DNA from: Octopus sinensis | Taxonomy: Eukaryota | Direction of reading: 5' to 3' | DNA length: 24,665 bases | Assembly: GCF_006345805.1 (NCBI RefSeq) | Contig: NW_021836354.1 | Location: forward strand, 1-24,665 | Shown: positions 8,558 through 20,334 of the stretch, piece after piece | How positions within the stretch are numbered: the first letter of the stretch is position 1 | How the letters are laid out: the number at the start of each line of letters is the position of its first letter | Notes under the pieces: generated by a model | Told to the model about the DNA's origin: nothing | The model's database searches: none | The model's input: only the letters and a program-made list of their open reading frames with translations | Position numbers and translations under genes: made by a program

Positions 8558-10555
8558 TATGAACTCTCCCGTCGGTTTCAACATATGAGGCTCTGGCAAC
8601 ATACTCTTTCTTTGTCAGTCATAATGCTAATGTCGAATGTGACATTTAAGTCCACCCAATGATTTGCAAAGAAGGCCACAGATCCTGCAAGTATGAGGAT
8701 CACAGGTCAGTGCAGGTGGTATATTTTCACCCGCTTTTCTCCTTTGCCTTGCACCATGAATCCTGTTAATGCTGGTTGCAACAAAGGTCCTAATACCATT
8801 TTCACACAACGATCCCCATTTTGTCCGTTCCAAGGCTGTTCACTCAAAGGTGTTGTGAGCAATCTTCAGTTCTAAGAGGTCACTCTTTAGCTTGTCCTTA
8901 TATCTGAGCCATGATCAACCAACATTCCTGTGCCCACTCTCAGGCTGGCTGTACATGAGGACTGTGGGTATTCTTCGGACACTCATTCAAGAGAGTAGTA
9001 AGAATGGCTACTTTATAGACCTTTACTTTGCTACCAAGTTTGATGCCCCTTTCATTCCATAGGCGTTGACGGTGTTTGCCAAATGCGTTGGTTGCCTTTG
9101 CAAGACAGTTAACGATTTCATCATCAAGGGAAGCACTCAATTTCACTATACTACCAAGATATGTAAATGACTTCACATAATTTAAGCTATTCCCATCAAC
9201 CTGTATAGGAGTGTCAGGAGAATTGTGAACCGCTAGCCTCTGCTTGACACCTCAAATTTGTTTAGGAGTAGAGCAAGGTTGGTGGATTACTTCTGTCTTC
9301 TTTATACTGATGGCCAAACCAAAGGCTTTACATGCAGAAGAAAACCGGTATAGAAGTTCCTGAGCTTCCTTTAAAGAGGTTGCTACTAGTGCAGCAGCAT
9401 CTGCAAAAAGTTGATGACGAATGATAATGGTGCGTAGCAGTGTTCTGACTTCGAAATGCTGATGATTGAATAGTCCACCACTTGTTCGAAACTGGAATTT
9501 GACACCACATTGTATGCCACCAAAAGCATACCTCAGCATCACTGAAAAGAAGAGTGCAAACAAAACAGGGGTCATAACACAACCTTGTTTTGTGCGTTTG
9601 TGACATTGACGGAAACCGAAAATTCACCACCGGACACAACAGCTTTTATTCTCTTATGAAAGGAGATAATAACATTCAACATCTTGTCAGGTATACCAAG
9701 CTTTGTCAGAACTTTCCATAGTTCTTGCTGGTGTCGAAGGCCTTAGTAAGATCAACTAATACCATGAAGAACTCTTGATTTTTCTCACATACCTTCTCCA
9801 TGACCTGTCGAGGGGAAAAGATCATGTCGATAGTGCCACGATCACAACGAAATCCACAATGTGATTCTGGATAGATATAATTTACAACGTGTTTAATAAT
9901 CTCGTCAAGAATGAGTCGAGCAAAAATCTTACCAGCGACAGACAAAAAAGTGATATCCCACGATGATTATCACAGACACCTCTCTTCAACACCGTGCTCT
10001 TCAGAACCATACACTTTCTGTCTTCTTGGAGTTCAGCAGCCTTGAAAGACCACCAAGTCTCCTTCATCTGTCTTTGGATTTGGCCTCTGCATTTCTTATA
10101 AGCATTCTCTTTTCTGGATGTGATCTTATCATTTATCCATGTTTTATGGGGGCTGTACATTTTGTCTGAACAGGAAGCCCAAGAACCTCTACAGGTGCAG
10201 AGTGCGTTGCATCACGCAGAGCCTTCCAAGATAATTCTGTGTCATCATTGATATCAACACTGTTGAGTGCAGTTTCCAACTTGATAGAGAGCTCAGTCTG
10301 CTTTTCGGTAGTTTTCAAAGGCAGAACATTGATGCGCTTAGGCGCTGATGACTTGTAGTCTTGTGTGTTCCAGATGGGGCATAGGGGGGGGGGCATAGCC
10401 TTGCTACGGAGAAGAAAATGGTCAGAGAGATAGCAAGTGTGACGAAAGGAATGTGTAATGTTAAAGTCCCTAATATCTCGCTTCTTAGTGATAACATGGT
10501 CCATGAGGCACCAATCCTTAGATCCAGGATGTCTTGCAATAATTTCGCTGTTGAA
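8558..10555 (-). mobile_element. 5'-truncated, decayed RTE/BovB-like LINE (APE C-terminus, RT, C2H2)
   Basis: Motifs MDHVI..SDHFLL (APE), CDNHRGISL, PESHCGFR.DRGTIDMIF, VDLTKAFD, KQGCV, QLFADAAAL, GLAISIKKTEV, FTYLGS, CRICGLLCKSLGGLKCHIRH. Many frameshifts and deletions. Confidence 0.92.
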
Positions 10556-10573
10556 ATATATATATATATATAT

Positions 10574-10986
10574 AGGCGCAGGAGTGGCTGTGTGGTAAAT
10601 AGCTTGCTAACCAACCACATGGTTCCGGGTTCAGTCCCACTGCGTGGCACCTTGGCCAAGTGTCTTCTACTATAGCCTCGGGCCGACCAATCCTTGTGGT
10701 GGATTTGGTAGACGGAAACTGAAAGAAGCCCTGTCGTATATATGTATATATATATATATATATATGTGTGTGTTTGTTGTGTGTCTGTGTTTGTCCCCCT
10801 AGCATTGCTTTTACAATCGATGCTGGGTGTTTTACGTCCCCGTCACTAGCGGTTCGGCAAAAGAGCCGATAGAATAAGTACTGGGCTTACAAAGAATAAG
10901 TCCCGGGGTCGATTTGCTCGACTAAAGGTGGTGCTCCAGCATGGCCACAGTCAAATGACTGAAACAAGTAAAAGAGTAAAAAGAGT
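10574..10986 (+). mobile_element. Full-length tRNA-derived SINE family A with internal microsatellite
   Basis: Head with A/B-box-like motifs; internal (TA)n(TG)n; AAGAGTAA tandem tail; several other copies in the window. Confidence 0.85.
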
Positions 10987-11083
10987 ATATATATATAATA
11001 TATATATATATATGATCCGTCCTTGTTTTCTTTGTATCGTCTATCTGGATGTTTTGCGTTCTTGTCCACATTTTGTATTTGTA

Positions 11084-11174
<91 letters not shown>

Positions 11175-11197
11175 TATATATATATATATATCATCTC

Positions 11198-11275
11198 ATC
11201 ATCATCATTGTCGACCGTGGTCGAGACAATGGAATTTACTACGTTACGCCAGACTTCACGGTCCATCATAGCATA
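11198..11275 (-). mobile_element. Extreme 3' end of an RTE-clade LINE
   Basis: Minus strand encodes AMMDREVWRNVV (A..DR..WR..V motif), then a GTCTCGACCACGGTCGAC stem-loop and (TGA)n tail. Confidence 0.65.
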
Positions 11276-11348
11276 TATATATATATATTATATATATACA
11301 TACATACATACATACATACATACATACATACATACATACATACATACA

Positions 11349-11382
<34 letters not shown>

Positions 11383-11810
11383 CTGGCATACGTACACTTT
11401 GGTCTCTTATATGTAAGTATATATTTATCTGAATCTTGTACGACTCTATTCTTTTATTCCTTCTTTCTTTTATTCTTTCCTTCTTTCTATCAGCCCTTTC
11501 ACGCTTACTCCGTTCATTCCACTCTTTGTTCTTTTGTTCCCCCTCTCTCACATTTCCTTGCTTTCTCTTCGTGCCCACTTTCCCTCCTCTTTTCACTTCA
11601 CTGTCTCCCTGTCATTTTTCTCGCCCCTCCTTATTTCTTCTGTCCCTCTGCCTCTACCTCTCTCTCATCTCTCCCCACATGACCGGTGTTCGGCCAAGAC
11701 TGACCTTTTTTTCTTGGTTCGGCCGCTATCCGTGCAACATCTATATTCTTCCCTGTACCTGTGAAATCTTGTATCCCTGCCGTAAGGCTCTACTTCTACA
11801 CACACCAGCT

Positions 11811-12068
11811 TAATTTAATTCGTCCCAAGTCGAATTGAAAGGGTTATTTCCCTTGGTAGTTATTTCCAGGAGGGAATGGGTTATTTCCCTTGCAAGCTTA
11901 AAAATAATTACTCACGCCCAAAACGTTATTCCTCCCGCCGTTTACCCGAACATTTTGTCGAAATCAATTTATACTTAAAACCTCCCCAGACACATAAGCA
12001 ATATGCGTGCGAAGTTTAAGAAAAAATCGGTCGAGTAGTTTTGGCACAAAACGAGGACATAGCGATAG

Positions 12069-12115
<47 letters not shown>

Positions 12116-12122
12116 ACACACA

Positions 12123-12186
<64 letters not shown>

Positions 12187-12208
12187 TTTTCAGTTTTAAT
12201 ATGTAAGA
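11811..12208 (-). mobile_element. Non-autonomous Helitron-like fragment (5' end)
   Basis: Minus strand begins A|TCTTACATATTAAAA followed by (TG)n; AAATCGGTCGAGTAGTTTT motif; internal GGGTTATTTCCCTT repeat. No 3' CTAG end seen. Confidence 0.55.
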
Positions 12209-12499
12209 TATAAGTAAAATGTTGTGTCTGTATGTGCATATGTACGTGTGTAAGTATGTATGTATGAATGTATGTGTGTATGCATGTATATGTGTATGTA
12301 TGTGTGTATGTATCTATGTATGTATATGTCTATGTATGTACGTGTGTATGTGTGTAAGCATATGTGTGTGTAAGCATGTATGTACGTATGTTATGTATGT
12401 ATGTATGTATGTATGTATGTATGTATGTATGTATGTATGTATGTATGTATGTATGTATGTGGATATCTTGCTTTGCCTTGTTTCTGTATCATGTAATTA

Positions 12500-12663
12500 G
12501 AGTGAAGAGTCTGTAAAGTGTTTTGCAAGCCTTACTGTGGAGCCGCGGGTGATAACCTGGATGAATCCGACTGTGGGTGCTATAACCTTATGCGCAGGCA
12601 TTACCGATATTTTGCATGAGCAATGGTCAGTGATAGTCTTCCTTGGTCACGAATGCACAACCA
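12500..12663 (+). mobile_element. 3' fragment of an RTE-tailed non-autonomous element
   Basis: TGCGCAGGCATT..GTCTTCCTTGGTCACGA is similar to the 3' end of 13909-14491. Confidence 0.55.
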
Positions 12664-12674
12664 ATATATATATA

Positions 12675-12920
12675 TTACGTTTATATATTTGTTTTGCAAG
12701 ATTTTTTATGTGAAATCGTGTGTTGAAACAGATATTGTTGTATTTAGGAATGGTCATTTTGCCAGTTTAGCCAATAAAAACACACGCACTATATATTTGG
12801 TGTTACTTTGCTTCAGCGTTATTTATTTTTTACATTAATCTTAATTTTATTTCGGCCAGAGTTCTTTCGTCACACTTCTGTGACCTCATCAGTGGTCCTT
12901 TGCTTTCTTCTTTCTTATTT
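12675..12920 (-). mobile_element. Inverted Penelope pseudo-LTR containing a hammerhead
   Basis: HHR plus AT-rich tail ending at (TA)n, fused in inverted orientation to the 5'-truncated GIY-YIG ORF. Confidence 0.7.
12854..12898 (-). ncRNA. Minimal type I hammerhead ribozyme
   Basis: CCA-CUGAUGA-G-GUCACA-gaag-UGUGAC-GAAA-GAAC-UC-UGG. Predicted cleavage between 12859 and 12858. Confidence 0.8.
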
Positions 12921-13515
12921 GTGTGTCATGGAACACTATTGAAAGGACTAAGAAGAAAATAGGGAAGGCCAACTCTTGGTATGATAGCCACAAATACCAG
13001 AGTGTTATGTTCGTCGACACCACCCCTAGAGGCGAACTGGCGTACCGCTTTAAAAGGGCCCTAGACAAACGTAAGCTAAGGATTAAAGTTGTTGAAAGAC
13101 CAGGCAACCCTATCAAATCCCTAATCGGTAGAACCTACCCTTTTAGTAGAACCCACTGTACGGATAGGAACTGTACTGTGTGTAGATTTAGCCCACAAAC
13201 AAACTGTAAAGCCAGAAATGTAGTCAATAGTATAAGATGTATAGAGGGACGATGCAGTAACAAGACAACGACATACGTAGGGGGAACGGCACGGAGCATA
13301 GGAAAGCGGGTAAATGAAACATGGGAGAGAACTTAGGAAGGAAAGAACTCATCGCGTCTGTACCAACACGCCGAGCAGGACACGGGGCTCACTCAACAAC
13401 ATAGAAGTTAAAATCTTGTCCACACTAGAACAGACGCAACAATCAGACACTTACGGAAGCTACACACATAATAGAAGATAAACCTAGCCTGAATAGGAAC
13501 TGGAATGGAACACTA
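12921..13515 (+). pseudogene. Penelope-like element C-terminus: Cys-rich linker plus GIY-YIG endonuclease (Naiad-like), frameshifted
   Basis: SVMFVDTTPRGEL..KVVERPG..CxxxxCxxC..C..NVVNSIRC..C..TYVGGTARSIGKRVNE. Continues in other frames (SRLYQHAEQ, IEVKILS, EATHIIEDKPSLNR). Confidence 0.85.
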
Positions 13516-13662
13516 GCACACACCACAGCATATGACAGAAGGGATCCCCATAACTGGTAACAATATAAACAAAACTAAAACATAATAAATACACAGATAA
13601 TAAAACAAATGGAAGTAAATAACTATATACATTAAAAAAAATCAAAAAACACAGCAAAAAGA

Positions 13663-13663
13663 A

Positions 13664-13745
<82 letters not shown>

Positions 13746-13771
13746 TAATAATAATAATAATAATAATAATA
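13663..13771. repeat. (TAA)n microsatellite
   Basis: Directly visible. Confidence 0.95.
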
Positions 13772-13865
13772 AGTAGGTGTAAACACATGAAGAAAATAAA
13801 AATAAACAAAAACAAATTACACGAACGTATATAAACAGGAGATACAAATATTACAGACACTTCCC

Positions 13866-13908
<43 letters not shown>

Positions 13909-13911
<3 letters not shown>

Positions 13912-14490
13912 TGGCCTTCCACTCGAGACCAAGGAAGACCATTGCTGACCTTCAGGAACATTGTGCGCTCTAGGATATAGGTGAAAAAACGCAGCACATA
14001 TCGACCAGAGATCAGCAATGCCTATGCATAGTTTTAGGTCCAATAATGCTTGCACGACACCTCATAGACCCTCTCTACCCGATTGACATTATCCAGAGAG
14101 AAGCCAGAGCGAGATGTCTGCTGCCAATATGAGTCGTAGGCTCGGGGAAGTGTGAGCGCCCTGATCTCTTGCACAAACCAAAGATACCCAAAATGTTCAA
14201 TGCCATTCCCTGCACATCTGGTATTATATCAGAGTGACCTTCTCCAAGAGATATGTTTCAACAGAAGCTGAGGGGTACCTCCCTCCCAGTGGTCTTCCAG
14301 CACGTTGGACACCATCCCGGAATTTCTGTGTACCTGTGCTATTGCTAGATAGCCGTTGAACCTGCACTAGGTTCATCTGACCTTTCAGCAGGTCTTGTTT
14401 TTAATCCTGCTGGGTTTCGCGCAACCCTCCTCACCAGGGTAGCCTGGTAGGGGTACCGACAACCCGACCATGCAGCAGGTTGCACTAGAT

Positions 14491-14491
<1 letters not shown>
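13909..14491 (-). mobile_element. Non-autonomous RTE-type element related to 5506-6005
   Basis: Shared 5' region (CAACCTG.TGCATGGTCGGGT.GTCGG..TGGTGAGGAGGGT) and an RTE-like tail CAATGGTCTTCCTTGGTCTCGAGTGGAAGGCCATCA. Confidence 0.6.
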
Positions 14492-14523
<32 letters not shown>

Positions 14524-14640
14524 CCACACACCACACACCGAATAAGCACATAAATACAAAACAAGGTGGAAAAAATAGTACACAACAACTGAAGGTAGAG
14601 TGATTTTTTTTTGTTAATGCTGCAAGAACATCCAAAAAGC

Positions 14641-14676
14641 TGTGACTCAGAGTTTCACGTGTCCGTTCGTCGGACA
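14641..14676 (-). ncRNA. Minimal hammerhead-like motif, core variant CCGACGA
   Basis: UGU-CCGACGA-ACG-gaca-CGU-GAAA-CUCUGAG-UC-ACA. Confidence 0.6.
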
Positions 14677-14704
14677 ATTGTGATCAAGTGTCTTGATCAC
14701 AACC

Positions 14705-14738
14705 GTTCGACGAACGGAAACGTGAAACTCTGAGTCAC
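14705..14738 (+). ncRNA. Minimal hammerhead-like motif, core variant UCGACGA
   Basis: GU-UCGACGA-ACG-gaaa-CGU-GAAA-CUCUGAG-UC-AC. Confidence 0.5.
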
Positions 14739-14831
14739 TGTTTTTTGTGATGTTTTTTGCAGCATTAACAAAACAAAAGTATATATATATATATATATAT
14801 AATATTTTTAAAAAAATATATATATATATAT

Positions 14832-14900
14832 ATGATGGCTGCCTACTCATGACAAAAGTAGACCTTACCAATGCCCATCCAATGGTCAATGATGGTCACG
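14832..14900 (-). mobile_element. Short RTE-like 3' tail fragment
   Basis: Minus strand GGTCTACTTTTGTCATGAGTAGGCAGCCATCA has the same stem-loop/GCCATCA end as 13909 and 6005. Confidence 0.5.
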
Positions 14901-15616
14901 TATGTAGGTAGGTAGGTAAGTAGGTAGGGAGGGAAGTAGGCAGGTGGGTGGGCAGGTAAGGGCATTTTCACACGAAAGTATTTCTTGAATTCAGCGGCCA
15001 TAAAATATATAAGGGCACGTGACATCGTATCAGCGGAATGACAGAGAGGAAGTCGTCAAAGAATTTAACAGTTCATATTCTCCCCTGGCGTTAAACCAAA
15101 GTTATACGGAAAGAGTCGAAAGCCAGAGGAATACAAATACCTCCAATTTGTTTGCAAAATGTTTAAGTTACAAAAATTAACATTAAAATTAGAATTTAAA
15201 ATTAACTGAGAGAAACAGGCTGTTATAGTAATTAAAAGATTAAATGCCACGTAATCATGAATGTATGTTATGGGGGCGCATACAATTCAGTGTGTGTGTG
15301 TGTGTGTGAGCGATGGTTGCGCACACTGGCGTGAAAACTGCGGCTCGTCGACCACGACTGACAAGTGGTATTTATTATATCCGAATTTCAGAGACACACC
15401 CTTGTAATTCGCGACACAAGAAATTAACCCATTAATTGGCCTGTTGGAAAATTGTAATCCGCGATACGTTATATGCAGAGTAACAATGCTACAAATGGTT
15501 TCATGCGGACAATTCAGCAATTTTTCAAGAATCACGATCAAGGATGCTGGTAATTTCAACATGGAGGCTGATATTACCAGCCTCCATAATGGAACGCTCG
15601 GAAATCACGAGAAGAT

Positions 15617-16097
15617 GAAAGGCAAAGTCGACCTCGGCGGAATTTGAACTCAGAACGTAAAGATGAACGAAATGCTGCATTTCGCCCAACGCGGTAACGA
15701 TTCTTTTCTACTCTAGGCACAAGGCTCAATTTTTTTTTATTTTTTTGTGGGGGGTGGCAGTTGATTAGATCCACCCTAGTATGAAAGTGGTACTTAATTT
15801 ATCGACCCCGAAAGGATAAAAAGGCAAAGTCGGCCTAAGTTAAGTTAGTTAAGTTAATTTTTTGGCTCAAAAAGCAAAAAGCAAGGCCATGTAGGGGGAC
15901 ATGGAGTTATGTCATGCAAAGAGTTCAGGCCATTTCTGGTCAAGAGAGACTTTGAACCGAGCGGTCGTCGGCATCTTCACCATCTCGTCCGGCAGCTTAT
16001 TCCACGGATCCGCAACCCGGCCTCAGCGGAATATGAACTCAGAACGTAACGGTAGACGAAACACCACTAAGCATTTCGCCCGACTTGCTCGCCTTGA
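15617..16097 (-). mobile_element. Two tandem copies of tRNA-derived SINE family B; the second is interrupted by a CR1-type fragment
   Basis: GATGAAAGGCAAAGTCGACCTCGGCGGAATTTGAACTC (B box GAGTTCAAATTCC on minus), matching 17055-17820. Confidence 0.8.
15837..16017 (-). mobile_element. CR1-type LINE 3' end with 6-bp TSD
   Basis: Encodes VADPWNKLPDEMVKMPTTARFKVSLDQKWPELFA*; (TAACT)n-like tail; CGGCCT duplicated at 15831-15836 and 16018-16023. Confidence 0.85.
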
Positions 16098-16121
16098 GGT
16101 GTGTATATATATCAACAGGAG

Positions 16122-16568
16122 AAGACGCACAGGCATGGGTGTTGGGTTGAGAAGCTCGGTTTGCAATCATGTGGTTCCAGTTCAGTTCCACTACGTAGCA
16201 CCTTGAGCCAGTTTCTTCTCTTACAGCTCCGGACCGACCAGCGCCTTGTGAGTGAACTTGGCAACAACGGAAACTGAATGGAAATCTGGTGTGTTGTGTG
16301 TGTGTGTGTGGTGTGTGTGTGTGTGGTGTTGTGTGTGTGTGTTGTGTGTGTGTGTGTTGTGTGTGGTGTGTGTGTGTGTGTGGTGTGTGTGTGTGTGTGT
16401 TGGTTTCTCACACAATCGCTTAACAACCAGTATTGGTATTTTACGTCTCCGTAACCTATCAGTTCGACAAAAGACACCGATAGAATAAGTACATGTCTTA
16501 AAAATCTGTGCCGGGGGTCGAATTGAGGTGCCCCAGCATGGCTGCAGCTGAATGACTTTAACAAGTAA
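16122..16568 (+). mobile_element. Diverged full-length SINE family A
   Basis: Colinear with 10574-10986, including an internal (TG)n. Confidence 0.8.
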
Positions 16569-16655
16569 TATATATATAATATATATATTATATACACACC
16601 ACGCACAACACACACACATACAAACGCGCACACACTCACACATTCGTAGATACAC

Positions 16656-16687
<32 letters not shown>

Positions 16688-16753
16688 TATTATATATATA
16701 TATATATATACATACATACATATACATATATTTATAAACATACATACATAAAT

Positions 16754-16788
<35 letters not shown>

Positions 16789-17054
16789 GTCGAAGGAAAA
16801 CCCCAAATTTTAAATAAATTGAATTAACCTCCTGTCGTCTGGCGAATAACTTGGTTAGAAGTATTTCATTTACACAACTTGCTGATTAACAGCTACGATG
16901 AAACAAAGATGCAGCTATGCGAAATGTGTAAAACGTCATAGGATTCAATGGTTTACTGGAATATCTCATTGTCTGTAAAAGATTTTTTTTGTTTTCCGCC
17001 TGTCTTTCAGCTTTAGCGTAATTCATTGTAAGAAAATACCATAAAATAATTTCC

Positions 17055-17820
17055 TTTCTTTCTACTCTAAGTACAAATCCCGAAATTTTGGGTGAGAGGG
17101 TCAGTCGATTAGATCGACTCCAGTACGCAACTAGTACTTAATTTATCGACCCCGAAAGGATGAAAGATAAAGTCGGAATTTGAACTCAGAACGTAAAGAC
17201 AGACGAAATACCGCTTAGTATTTCGCCCGACGTGCTAACGTTTCTGCCAAGCTCGCCGCCTTATATTCTTTTTGGGGGAAGGGGCCAATCGATTAGATCG
17301 ACCCCAGTATGCAATTGGTACTTAATTTATCGACCCCGAAAGGATGAAAGGCAAGTCGATCTCGGCGTGATTTGAACTCAGAACGTAGCGGCAGACGAAA
17401 TAACTATTTCTTTACTACCCACAAGGGGCTAAACACAGTGAGGACAAACAAGGACAGACAAACGGATTAATTCGATTACATCGACCCCAGTGCATAACTG
17501 GTACTTATTTAATCGACCCCGAAAGAATGAAAGGCAAAGTCGACCTCGGCGGAATTTGAACCCAGGACGTAGCGACGGACGAAATACCTATTTCTTTACT
17601 ACCCACAAGGGGCTAAACACAGAAGGGACAAACAGGGACAGACATAGGTATTAAGTCGATTACATCAATCCCAGTGTGTTACTGGTACTTAATTTATCGA
17701 CCCCGAAAGGATGAAAGGCAAAGTCGATCTCGGCGGAATTTGAACCCAGGACGTACGCGACGAATAACGACCGCTAATCATTTCGCCCGGAATGCTAACG
17801 ATACTGCCAGCTCGCCACCT
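17055..17820 (-). mobile_element. Head-to-tail array of four SINE family B units
   Basis: Four copies of TACTTA(A/T)TT..ATCGACCCCGAAAG.ATGAAAG. Full heads end near 17262 and 17820. Two alternative tails. Confidence 0.85.
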
Positions 17821-18521
17821 GAAATAATTTCCTTTCTAGCAAAACAGTTTCCTTTTATTTTCAAATGGCGAAAGAGCAACGAAATAGTTTTGGTTTCCTC
17901 TCCTGATTTGTTTGGCTTTTTTTTTTTCATCTACAAAGGCTACTAGAATGTGGCGAGTTAATGAGAAAATCAAAGACAGGTTATTTGATCCTCCTAAATG
18001 TAAACTGGAAAGAGGTCTCATCTAGAGAAGTCCTTTGTTTCCACGAAACAATTTGATAGGTAACCATACTTATACTTTACAAAACATTTGGTGTTTATTT
18101 AAGAATATGTCAACCGTCACAAATTACGGATTTACCGTCTTCTTATTTAAACTAATTCTCGACCATCTGTGATTTACGTACATTGGAAACATACAACGTC
18201 TATTGACAATGCGCTCACAAACACATTTTACGCACACACACACACATACACACACATACATACACATACACACACACACCCACGCACGCACACACACATA
18301 TGTACATGTATTGACACACTCACATACACACACACATACAAACATACATACATACATATATATATATACATACATACATACATCAATTTACAGAAGTAGT
18401 GCGTAGCAGCTTCGTGTGAGTAAAAATTGTAACGTAAGCCTTGTGAGTGGGTGTTTCAGAATAATAAAAAAACAAGCAATTTAACTTTGTAAAGAGTAAA
18501 CAAAGTACTTAAACCCCAGAT

Positions 18522-18613
18522 TCTCTCTCTCTCTCTCTCTCGCTCTCTCTCTCCTCTCTCTCTCTCTCTCCTCTCTCCTCCTCTCCTCTCCTCTATCTCT
18601 CTCGCCTCCTCTC

Positions 18614-18650
<37 letters not shown>

Positions 18651-18660
18651 CTCTTCTCTC
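18522..18660. repeat. (CT)n microsatellite
   Basis: Directly visible. Confidence 0.95.
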
Positions 18661-18799
18661 TGTGACCAGGAAAGGGGGATTTATTTGGCTAGTTTCAAAG
18701 TTTATTACCCCCTCACCAAGAACTGCATACTCACTTGTGTTCACAAAAAGTATGTTAGCTGTTTATATACTTACTAGCATACCCGTGTCGTCAAGAATG

Positions 18800-20178
18800 A
18801 CGACAACTCTATTATTGATAAAAAGAAATGGTGCATTGGTAAATGTCAGCATCAATGATCTCACTATCTCTCCCGACTCACACAAAGAATGCTACAAGTA
18901 CCTTGGCATTGATGAAAATATATCATACCAAGGTACCGTGAATAAAGGTAGAGTGACCCAAGAATATTACACCAGATTAAGTAAAATATGGCTATCTGAA
19001 CTCTCCTCTTATAGCAAGACAGTGTCCTACAGTGCATTTTCAGTACCAGTGCAGACTCCAATATTTGAGATACTTGACTGGTCTGTAGAAGAAATCCGCT
19101 CCAGAGACATGATTCTAACATAGTGTCGTTCAGAGAGCAGCTGCTAAACAACAGCAGCAAAAATAAATACATCAACTTAGTGTTGAAGCGTGAAGAGAAC
19201 AATATCCTACGTGTTGGAAGCGAGGTCCTCATGAAGCGCTCTCTTCCTGATAATCTCCCATACGACTCCAAACTAGCCGGACTAGCATACTTCAAAAACC
19301 GGGAGGTGAAACACTCGGCATACCAAAAAAAAAAGACTCTGCATGGGTATGCTTCTCGAAGACTTGAAGAAGATAGTAATATTGACATGGCACGAAACTT
19401 CTCATGGATTTGTGACACTTTGGAGGTTATGCATTTGCAATCTAGGAACAGGAGGTTGCTACAAAAATTCCTGTTCAACACTGAAGTCATTGGAGTTCCA
19501 AGTTACAACCGTAAATGTAGATGATGTCATATTTCTGTGTAAGATATCACACATATGATTAGCAGCTGCCCAAAAATGCCATCGAGGCACCACCTCCCTA
19601 TGCGACATGACGTTCTCGCAAAAACAATATACAATGCCATTCGGGTAAAAGACTGCCCTGGAATAAATATAGAGAATCCGTCCATTGTTGAATGTGTACA
19701 CATCTATCAGCACAAGGAATACTGGTCGAACATCCCCATCAAAACATGTCAAATGTAAGGATAACAAGCTGGTTATTGTGGGACAGACAAGAAAAAGCAT
19801 GTACCGCCATAAAGGTCAGCGGTCCTACTGCTGTGAAAAGCTCTTTGAAAATCAAAGAGAAAAGAGATAATTATGGACAACTGCTTCGAAACCTTCAGCT
19901 TCTATATCCGGATCACAAATTTACCAATAATTAATTGGAACACTTGATTTTGTAAGTAAATGCCGAACTGTAAGTCTGGATAATCTTGGATTTTCAGAAA
20001 AAGAAATCAACCACCTGATTCGCACATTATAAATACAATCTGTAAATGGAACAGTAAAACTATGCAAGACTTTTTTCAAGTTCAAATTGTGACGTTGTCT
20101 TCATTATCCACATTCCAATAATGAAGCTTTGTTAGAAACCAGCACCTTCCACAGAGGAAGATTTAAATGATTAAATAC
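18800..20178 (+). mobile_element. 5'-truncated decayed R4/Dong-clade non-LTR retrotransposon (RT C-terminus, CCHC, RLE)
   Basis: YKYLGIDE..EYYTRLSKIWLSEL..VPV..W; CR*C..HMISSCPKM..RHD (zinc knuckle); LWDRQEKACTAIKVSGP..KEKRDNYGQL (restriction-like endonuclease); 3' UTR hairpins. Confidence 0.85.
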
Positions 20179-20244
20179 ATAAAAGACAGACAGACATACA
20201 TACACGTGCAAACATACATCCTTATATACTTACATACAGACTTA

Positions 20245-20285
<41 letters not shown>

Positions 20286-20334
20286 TATATATATATACAT
20301 ACACCCACATACATACATACATACACACAAACAT

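Larger units (their letters stand above)
14540..14779. mobile_element. Fold-back element with two inverted variant hammerheads
   Basis: Inverted arms ~14609-14688 / 14692-14773 with a 3-nt spacer; unique tail 14540-14608; (CA)n and (TA)n flanks. Confidence 0.7.

Noticed and set aside
11440-11810. Pyrimidine-rich tract plus unique segment that might be another Penelope 3' UTR
   Set aside because: No HHR core, ORF or second copy in the window to support it.
13515-13665. SECIS element downstream of the Penelope ORF
   Set aside because: ATGA is present but no matching GA quartet or stem was found, and there is no in-frame TGA at Cys positions.
17055-17820. CRISPR-like recurrence of a ~35-bp motif
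   Set aside because: The intervening sequences are homologous SINE parts, not unique spacers; eukaryotic context, no cas genes.
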